Part shown: piece after piece, positions 1 through 5,703 of the stretch
Layout: each line of letters opens with the position of its first letter
Position numbering within the stretch: position 1 is the first letter of the stretch
NCBI GenBank assembly: GCA_043811535.1
Contig: JBDRNC010000036.1
Location: forward strand, 1 to 13,772
DNA length: 13,772 nt
Direction of reading: 5' to 3'
Origin: Elusimicrobiota bacterium
Lineage (GTDB): Bacteria > Elusimicrobiota > Endomicrobiia > Endomicrobiales > JBDRNC01
Position numbers and translations under genes: made by a program
Notes under the pieces: model-generated
What the model was told of the DNA's origin: nothing
The model's input: only the letters and a program-made list of their open reading frames with translations
The model's database searches: none

Positions 1-1
1 T

Positions 2-235
2 GAAAAGCTGAAGGACAGGACCCAAACCATTCAATTTATTGACAAACTATCGCTGAAATACAACGCGAAATTCAACATTCACTACTTTATGCCTCTGCCT
101 GGAACGCCTTTTGAAGGACTTGCCCCCGAACCGATAGAAAACGCCGTCAAGGAATCAGTCCATCGACTGATCCGCGACGGCATTGCCCACGGCGACTTCT
201 TTGAACAACTGCGTTTCGCCGCACTGCCGCGATAA
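2..235 (+). CDS. 3' end of a radical SAM protein, probably B12-binding/radical SAM (MJ1487-like); truncated by the window edge
   Basis: Not in the ORF track. Open frame from base 2 to TAA 233-235: EKLKDRTQTIQFIDKLSLKYNAKFNIHYFMPLPGTPFEG...HGDFFEQLRFAALPR*. FMPLPGTP is the typical C-terminal radical SAM motif. Confidence 0.7.
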   Translation, partial: EKLKDRTQTIQFIDKLSLKYNAKFNIHYFMPLPGTPFEGLAPEPIENAVKESVHRLIRDGIAHGDFFEQLRFAALPR

Positions 236-248
236 ATAACCCTTTTCG

Positions 249-2342
249 TTATTTTTCCCAAGACGGCGGGATAAAACCTGATATGTCTTGCGCCTGGCTC
301 CTGTGCATTATCCGCACGGGCCCTTTCCATATTCCGCCTTCCCTGATGTAATTATATACACGTACAGCAAGGACATTGTCGCCCTTAAAGTTTAGCGTTT
401 TCAGGGGAATTTTGTAATTTCGCTGTTTATCCCAGAATCCTTCCCTGAAATTCGGAGGGAAAGCCGTAGAACCTATCAATTCGCCGTTCAGATAGACCTG
501 GTCTGCATCGTCTATACCTCCGGCTGTAAAATAAACTTCTCCGTCGCTCCATATTTTTTTAGAACTCTTCGGTATATTCATGTGTATCCTGTACCACCAG
601 TACGTCCTCTCTTCACTGGGATATCCCTGGTCGTCCCATCTTGCCGGTATGAAAATACTGTCCCACGTATTATCGGCAAATTCCACAGATGAAAACGAAG
701 CATCGTCGCCGGGATTAAACAACCATTCGCCCGCAAGATCAATGTAATCGACCGCGCGGAATTCGAAATAATCATTTGCCGGTTCCGATCCGTCCATTCC
801 GCGTATAACCGCCTGAAGGAAATATTCGCCCTCTGAAGGAATGAACCGGAAATCACCTGCCGCCAGCATGGTTCCCTTTGAAACACTGACTGTCTTCGCG
901 CCGCTTTTCAGTTTCTTGCCCTTAATCTTGTCGAAAAGACGCCACCTGATACTGTATTTACCGGCCGCGCTGGAATCATCGCAGATGACGGTGACTTTGA
1001 ACCTGGCCGGGACTCCCGCCTGTATCTCCTTACGCGAGCAGGCCGACTTGACGGCTACGTACACATTCTTCGCATAGAGCCCGCTCATGAACTTGTCAAA
1101 GTCTTCTTTATTTGCCCGAAAATCTGAGATTAATATTTTCGCATTTTTGATTATCGGATCGCGGTTTGAAAGCTCCCATATTCTGCCGCCGCTTAGGTAG
1201 TTGCACAGACTAAGAAATAACATACCCTGATCCAGGACAAGAAACGTGCCCGTGGGTTTGCCCTTCGCCAGATCCAGGGAATCCCTGAAGCCAAAAGCGT
1301 ATTTCCTTCCGTCAGCCTCGAAATCAGCCCGCGCGCCCAGACCTTCCAATCTCCTAAGATTAGCTACACACTCCGATGGGAATATCGATATCGGCAGTAC
1401 TGAAGCATGAGGCGTTATCACATAATCACGCCAGTTGTTGTATCCAAGATAGCCGTCGTCCGGAGAATCGCAGGCCGACCAGCCCCAGACAGGCGAATCG
1501 ACAATCTTTGCGTGAAACATCTGAGCATAAGCGAAAGAAGCCGCCGACTTCCACATTTCGGTATATCGCAGGTCAAAAAAACATGTGTCTATCATCTGCA
1601 TAAACAACCCGCCGCCCGACCAGCCCGGCTTGTAGTAGCGCAAGCCGTACTTATACTCCATCCCTTTCGATACCTTGTCCCACATTTCCGAAGGGACCTT
1701 TCCGGAACCTATGGACACGATCATCGCTCCGCGGGCGTCGGTACCCAAAACGGAAAGCAGCCACTTTTCGTTCATTTTTCCGGTCTTCATATTGTAGCCG
1801 CCGATAAGCAGACGTTTGTCTTCGCTGTAAACCTTGGACCAATCCATCGCGTCAAGAACCCCGCTTATTCTCTCATTCAGTTCGGGAAACTCCTGGCGCG
1901 CGACGATAAGCCCGGCGGCAAGGTTACCGGAGTCTAATATAGATATCCACGGGTCATCAGTGCTTGGTTTCAGCGATAAAACATCATGCCAACTTTGGGT
2001 AAAACCGTTCCATGAGGGGAATTTATCATAGCTGTCAAGCAGTTTTGATATCCTCTGAAAGGCGTCGTTTCTTTCAATGAATCCCATCTCCGCGGCGACG
2101 GATACGGCCGCAAGATATATCCCTATATTGCTCACCGAAGTGTGGGACACTTTTTTGTTTGACATGTCGTACGGCAATCCCGTCTTCGGCTCCACCAGAT
2201 AATCGATGCTTGCCCAAGTATCGCTGGCAATACCAAGCAGATAGGCGTAATCATCCGAAGAAAGGTCCTGTTTTGCCCCGGAAAAAGCAGGGCCCGCGGC
2301 GAACACCGCCATTACGGCAAGCAATATGATGTGCTTATGCAT
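249..2342 (-). CDS. Secreted glycoamylase/DUF3131-like (beta-1,2-glucanase clan, GH144/GH189-related) glycosidase with a C-terminal galactose-binding-like jelly-roll domain
   Basis: Start moved to ATG 2342 (MHKHIILLAVMAVFAAGPAFS signal peptide; purine-rich AAGGGATGGGA upstream; avoids overlap with the upstream gene). Motifs TGLPYD, HTSVSNIGIYL, WISILDSGNL, WGWSAC, VITPHAS, FGFRDS, LDQGM. C-terminal DLAGEWLF..WYR..GGIDDADQVYLNG..NVLAVRV..GGIWKGPV. Confidence 0.8.
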   Translation of the reverse strand: MHKHIILLAVMAVFAAGPAFSGAKQDLSSDDYAYLLGIASDTWASIDYLVEPKTGLPYDMSNKKVSHTSVSNIGIYLAAVSVAAEMGFIERNDAFQRISKLLDSYDKFPSWNGFTQSWHDVLSLKPSTDDPWISILDSGNLAAGLIVARQEFPELNERISGVLDAMDWSKVYSEDKRLLIGGYNMKTGKMNEKWLLSVLGTDARGAMIVSIGSGKVPSEMWDKVSKGMEYKYGLRYYKPGWSGGGLFMQMIDTCFFDLRYTEMWKSAASFAYAQMFHAKIVDSPVWGWSACDSPDDGYLGYNNWRDYVITPHASVLPISIFPSECVANLRRLEGLGARADFEADGRKYAFGFRDSLDLAKGKPTGTFLVLDQGMLFLSLCNYLSGGRIWELSNRDPIIKNAKILISDFRANKEDFDKFMSGLYAKNVYVAVKSACSRKEIQAGVPARFKVTVICDDSSAAGKYSIRWRLFDKIKGKKLKSGAKTVSVSKGTMLAAGDFRFIPSEGEYFLQAVIRGMDGSEPANDYFEFRAVDYIDLAGEWLFNPGDDASFSSVEFADNTWDSIFIPARWDDQGYPSEERTYWWYRIHMNIPKSSKKIWSDGEVYFTAGGIDDADQVYLNGELIGSTAFPPNFREGFWDKQRNYKIPLKTLNFKGDNVLAVRVYNYIREGGIWKGPVRIMHRSQAQDISGFIPPSWEK

Positions 2343-2358
2343 TCTGTCCCATCCCTTT

Positions 2359-3489
2359 TTAATTGAACAACTCGACCTGGTCAATCATGAATTTCCCCTG
2401 CCCGCCGTTATCACCGTCTTTCTTAAGTATTGCGAAATGTATTTTCGGGACACTGGCCAGATCGATTGTTTTACTCTCTTTTCCTCCCCAGTAATACGTG
2501 AATTCAGAAAAGAGCACCTCGACAACCGTCCAATTGCTGACATTAGTCTTGATCGGAAGTATCCTTCCGAAAATCGCGCCGTCCATGCATTCAAACTTGA
2601 CCTCGACTGAATTCATGCCGCCTTCCCCGCGGCAAACAAACCTTATACCTTTGTACCCCGACATGTTTCTCGGAGCGGTTTTCCATGTATCCGTCCAAGT
2701 TCCGTCGCCCAGCATATAATTGAGTTCCAGCGCCTTGCCTTTCTGTCCGCGCCCCGCCGCTACTTTCAGAACAGCCGTATCTGCCGCATTGGAATCCCAG
2801 CCGTACGGCGCGTTCTCCATGTCGTCGATAAATCCTTCTGGCATGCTTGTCTTGGTTGAAACCGAGCCGCCGTTTACATCACTCTTTGCTTCACCGTATG
2901 TTTGGACACTGCCTATGGTCAACTTGCCGGAACCGCCCTGGTCTTCATCTGATTTTTTTGCCACCGCAAAGTGCAGGATCGTTTTCTTTAGGTTAAGCGT
3001 GCGGTCGCCTCCCCACCAGTATTCCATCGCATTAAAAGGCACTTCCACAGTAGTCCAATTACCAGGATTTGATCTTGTCTTGACAAGGTATCCGAAGTTC
3101 GAACCGTCAATATCCTCTAATTTTATTTCAAACGAATTTTCGCTGCCCGAGCCTTTATAGACAAAACAAATACCCTCGAATTTAGAAAGGTCGATGGACA
3201 CTTCATTCCTTACGCCGATCCAGTTCCCTGAATCTATGCTATAGCTTATCATCAGCGCCTGCCCTTTCTGTCCGGACCCTAAAGCAAGGTTCTCAGTCGC
3301 ACCATTGTCAGTATAGGTCGTCCATCCCATCAGCGAACCCATGTCAAAGATGACACTGCCCGCGGCAGGATTTAATACACCCGTTTTCACCGTCTTATCG
3401 ACCTGCACGCCCCCCTTTCTCGCCGCCACCTGCGACAAAACCAGACACAAACAAACCGCTGCACACAACAATCTGCCGAACTTTTCCAT
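2359..3489 (-). CDS. Secreted protein with two tandem CBM11/CIA30-like carbohydrate-binding domains
   Basis: Signal peptide and SD AAGGGAGG. Two homologous ~150-aa halves (GQKGQAL/GQKGKAL, NWTTVEVPF/NWTVVEVLF, YWWGG/YYWGG, DQGGSGKL/DNGGQGKF). No catalytic domain visible. Confidence 0.75.
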   Translation of the reverse strand: MEKFGRLLCAAVCLCLVLSQVAARKGGVQVDKTVKTGVLNPAAGSVIFDMGSLMGWTTYTDNGATENLALGSGQKGQALMISYSIDSGNWIGVRNEVSIDLSKFEGICFVYKGSGSENSFEIKLEDIDGSNFGYLVKTRSNPGNWTTVEVPFNAMEYWWGGDRTLNLKKTILHFAVAKKSDEDQGGSGKLTIGSVQTYGEAKSDVNGGSVSTKTSMPEGFIDDMENAPYGWDSNAADTAVLKVAAGRGQKGKALELNYMLGDGTWTDTWKTAPRNMSGYKGIRFVCRGEGGMNSVEVKFECMDGAIFGRILPIKTNVSNWTVVEVLFSEFTYYWGGKESKTIDLASVPKIHFAILKKDGDNGGQGKFMIDQVELFN

Positions 3490-3528
3490 GGCCTTACCCT
3501 CCCTTAATTTTATTACAGCAAAAGATGC

Positions 3529-3567
3529 TTACTTAATACGTTACGTTTTACGCAACTTATTAAGTTT
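3529..3567. promoter_or_regulatory. Two auxiliary copies of the TAACTTAnTAAGTTA palindrome
   Basis: TTACTTAATACGTTA at 3529-3543 and CAACTTATTAAGTTT at 3553-3567; each differs from the consensus at two arm positions. Confidence 0.6.
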
Positions 3568-3628
3568 TAACCCAATAAAAAAACAAATTATGTATATCTG
3601 TTTCGGTTAACTACTTAACTATTTTCGC

Positions 3629-3657
3629 TTGACTTAACTTATTAAGTTATGTATAAT
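3629..3657 (+). promoter_or_regulatory. sigma70-type promoter of the LacI gene
   Basis: TTGACT (3629-3634), 17-bp spacer, TATAAT (3652-3657). Confidence 0.75.
3635..3649. promoter_or_regulatory. Putative primary operator TAACTTA-T-TAAGTTA
   Basis: Perfect 7-1-7 inverted repeat filling the promoter spacer; repeated twice more within about 110 bp. Confidence 0.65.
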
Positions 3658-3683
3658 ATACACAAGTTAAATGGATATGTCAA
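3655..3683 (-). promoter_or_regulatory. sigma70-type promoter of the CBM/glucanase operon
   Basis: Minus-strand TTGACA (3683-3678), 17-bp spacer, TATATT (3660-3655). Its -10 overlaps the -10 of the lacI promoter. Confidence 0.65.
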
Positions 3684-3736
3684 GTACCTGAAAAAAAATA
3701 TTTTCCGGCCCGGTTGCTGCCGGAAGGAGAAAGCAA

Positions 3737-4786
3737 ATGACAGTAACTCTGAAAGACATCGCAAGGATAGCAGGCGTCACCACGGCTACCGTTTCGAAAG
3801 CATTGAATAATAAAGACGACATCAGCACGGAAAAGAAACAGCGGATCATCAAGATAGCCGAAGCGAAAGGCTATTCCCCATACATCAAATCAAGACAAAC
3901 CGGCATGCACGCCGTCGGATCCAAATATATCGGCGTTGTTTTTCCCGTACTGGCCGATGATTACCTTGTGCGGGAGATCCAAAGAGGCATTGACAGTGTA
4001 TTCAAAGGATCAGGATTTTCACAGATACGCTATAACATGGACGACAATAAACAAGTAACTGACGAAGCCGCCAAGGAAATGTTCCTTGAAAAGATAATTC
4101 AGGACAGGACAATAGTCGGTTTGATGGTTGCCTTTTTCACGGTCAACGACGCGACCGTCGCGAAAATAAGAAAGCTTGACATATCGGTAGTACAGCTAAA
4201 CAGCTACAGCACTTACGGCAACTGCGTGACTATAGACAACACGGATGCGTCCTACCGCGCTGTCAAAACCCTGATTGGCCTTGGCAGAAGAAACATAGGT
4301 TTGATAATACCTGAAGAGACCTCTGAAAATGTGTGGAAGGACCGCCTTGAAGGCTACAAAAAGGCCTTTTCGGAAGAGCATATAACATACAACCCGTATT
4401 TGATCGTTTATGAACACAGGTTTTCGCTCGAGGAATCGGCGCTGGCGACAAAAACACTGCTCCAGAGGGAGCCCGGAATAGACGCGATACTGTACGGCAG
4501 CGACGCGCAGGCCTACGGAGGCATGGAAGCTCTCAAGGAACTTGGGAAAAATATACCTGATGACGTCGCGGTGATGGGCTTTGATAATCTGCCATTCAGC
4601 AGGATTACTGTTCCGCCGCTTTCAAGCGTGAATCAACCTATGTTTGAACTAGGCATAGCCGCGTCAAAGATACTTCTCGGCTCCATTGAAAAAAAGAACA
4701 CACCCCATAAGACACTACTGCTAAAAAGCCAGCTGATTTTCAGGCAATCCACGCACAAAGACCTTCCGAAAGAAAGATTTACCTGA
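3737..4786 (+). CDS. LacI/GalR family transcriptional regulator
   Basis: HTH TLKDIARIAGVTTATVSKALN; effector domain with IPDDVAVMGFDN and PPLSSVNQP; SD AAGGAG. Confidence 0.95.
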   Translation: MTVTLKDIARIAGVTTATVSKALNNKDDISTEKKQRIIKIAEAKGYSPYIKSRQTGMHAVGSKYIGVVFPVLADDYLVREIQRGIDSVFKGSGFSQIRYNMDDNKQVTDEAAKEMFLEKIIQDRTIVGLMVAFFTVNDATVAKIRKLDISVVQLNSYSTYGNCVTIDNTDASYRAVKTLIGLGRRNIGLIIPEETSENVWKDRLEGYKKAFSEEHITYNPYLIVYEHRFSLEESALATKTLLQREPGIDAILYGSDAQAYGGMEALKELGKNIPDDVAVMGFDNLPFSRITVPPLSSVNQPMFELGIAASKILLGSIEKKNTPHKTLLLKSQLIFRQSTHKDLPKERFT

Positions 4787-4817
4787 TACAAATTACAACA
4801 ACTTCAATCCTCATGAC

Positions 4818-4857
4818 AAAGGGACGGTTCTATTTAATTAAATAGAACCGTCCCTTT
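4818..4857. repeat. Perfect 40-bp palindrome, a REP-like doublet of the RAYT-associated motif; probably also the lacI terminator
   Basis: AAAGGGACGGTTCTATTTAA|TTAAATAGAACCGTCCCTTT, ending in a T6 run. Same arm sequence as 8167-8213 and 8904-8924. Confidence 0.85.
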
Positions 4858-4878
4858 TTTCGGGGAGGAACATAGAGT

Positions 4879-4914
4879 ACACCTCCGACGAGGGCCATGT
4901 CTCCTCGGAGGTGT
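4879..4914. repeat. Inverted repeat with 10-bp arms between convergent genes
   Basis: ACACCTCCGA (4879-4888) and TCGGAGGTGT (4905-4914). Confidence 0.6.
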
Positions 4915-4943
4915 TGGGTTCCGTTGCGGGCCGGATTATAAGA

Positions 4944-5072
4944 TTAAAGAACGAATATCACCCAAATAGCGACCGCCAACGTGATAAAGCCAAAAACGCC
5001 GGTTGCAATTGTTGAAGTGAAATAAAACGGCCTCTTGTTCGCCCGCCTTACTAAAAAATCAAATCTACGCAA
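4944..5072 (-). CDS. Small single-TM membrane protein, 42 aa
   Basis: Not in the ORF track. AGGAGG overlaps the DUF2089 stop, then 5 nt, then a TTG start. MRRFDFLVRRANKRPFYFTSTIATGVFGFITLAVAIWVIFVL*: basic N-terminus followed by a hydrophobic helix. Confidence 0.65.
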   Translation of the reverse strand: MRRFDFLVRRANKRPFYFTSTIATGVFGFITLAVAIWVIFVL

Positions 5073-5081
5073 TTCCGCCTC

Positions 5082-5363
5082 CTACTTCCTTGTGTCCTTC
5101 AACCTGTGTATTATCCCGTCCAGCATGTTCCTGACAGTGGGGTATGATTTTCCCAGATACCTTGCCATATCCTTGATGCTCCCGTCGTTGAGCACGAAAG
5201 CAAACACGAATTCCTGTTCGTCGCTTGAAAGCCCGGAAAACGTGTCCGGGGGAAAATCCCCTCTCAGCGTAAGTCCGCACTTCTCGCAGTAAACCTCGCG
5301 GACCTTTACCGGCCCGTCGCATCCCGGACAACAGTTTTGTATTTTATTAAGTATTTTTGCCAT
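5082..5363 (-). CDS. DUF2089 family protein (zinc ribbon + HTH)
   Basis: CPGC...CEKC, then FSGLSSDEQEFVFAFVLNDGSIKDMARYLGKSYPTVRNMLD, typical of DUF2089. ATG 5363 is preferred to TTG 5402. Confidence 0.85.
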   Translation of the reverse strand: MAKILNKIQNCCPGCDGPVKVREVYCEKCGLTLRGDFPPDTFSGLSSDEQEFVFAFVLNDGSIKDMARYLGKSYPTVRNMLDGIIHRLKDTRK

Positions 5364-5373
5364 ATTTGTCAAT

Positions 5374-5402
5374 ATTCTATAATTATCTTTTCTATTTGTC
5401 AA
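5374..5402 (-). promoter_or_regulatory. sigma70-type promoter of DUF2089
   Basis: Minus-strand TTGACA (5402-5397), 17-bp spacer, TAGAAT (5379-5374). Confidence 0.65.
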
Positions 5403-5481
5403 GTATTTATATATATTATATTCATTATATTAATTTCCCATCTAATCAATTTTCATAAATTAATATAAAATATAAATATAA

Positions 5482-5510
5482 TTGATTTGGACCAAGTTAT
5501 CTGCTATAAT
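5482..5510 (+). promoter_or_regulatory. sigma70-type promoter of GH39 with extended -10
   Basis: TTGATT (5482-5487), 17-bp spacer ending in TGC, TATAAT (5505-5510); AT-rich upstream tract. Confidence 0.65.
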
Positions 5511-5527
5511 TATTTTGCGTTAGTTAA

Positions 5528-5663
5528 ACGATTACATAGTGAGACTGATTACATCGATTACTAACAAATATTACACTGATTTACGACTGATTCCACAGAT
5601 TATATATCAGTGTAATCTCTGCTTGAAATCTATGTAATCGTCGTATAAAATCTGCGTAATCAG
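5528..5663. repeat. GATTAC/GTAATC mirror repeat array
   Basis: About seven GATTAC-like motifs followed by three GTAATC at 5612, 5634 and 5656. Perfect pairs: 5528-5539/5630-5641 and 5570-5580/5606-5616. Confidence 0.75.
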
Positions 5664-5703
5664 GACCGTTGAGAACTTTTCAACGGCCCATAAAGAGGTG
5701 CTC

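Noticed and set aside
2343..2384. Upstream start for the glucanase
   Set aside because: Overlaps the CBM gene and buries the signal peptide.
5364..5402. TTG start for DUF2089
   Set aside because: The TTG is the -35 hexamer and has no SD.
5404..5478. AT-only inverted repeats (TTATATTAATTT/AAATTAATATAA)
   Set aside because: Expected by chance in near-pure AT sequence; more likely UP-element DNA.
5485..5530. LacI-type palindrome at the GH39 promoter
   Set aside because: Only half-sites (AAGTTA, TAGTTA) in AT-rich DNA; co-regulation is unsupported.
5528..5663. CRISPR array
   Set aside because: Motifs are short, degenerate and mirror-oriented, with no repeat-spacer structure and no cas genes.
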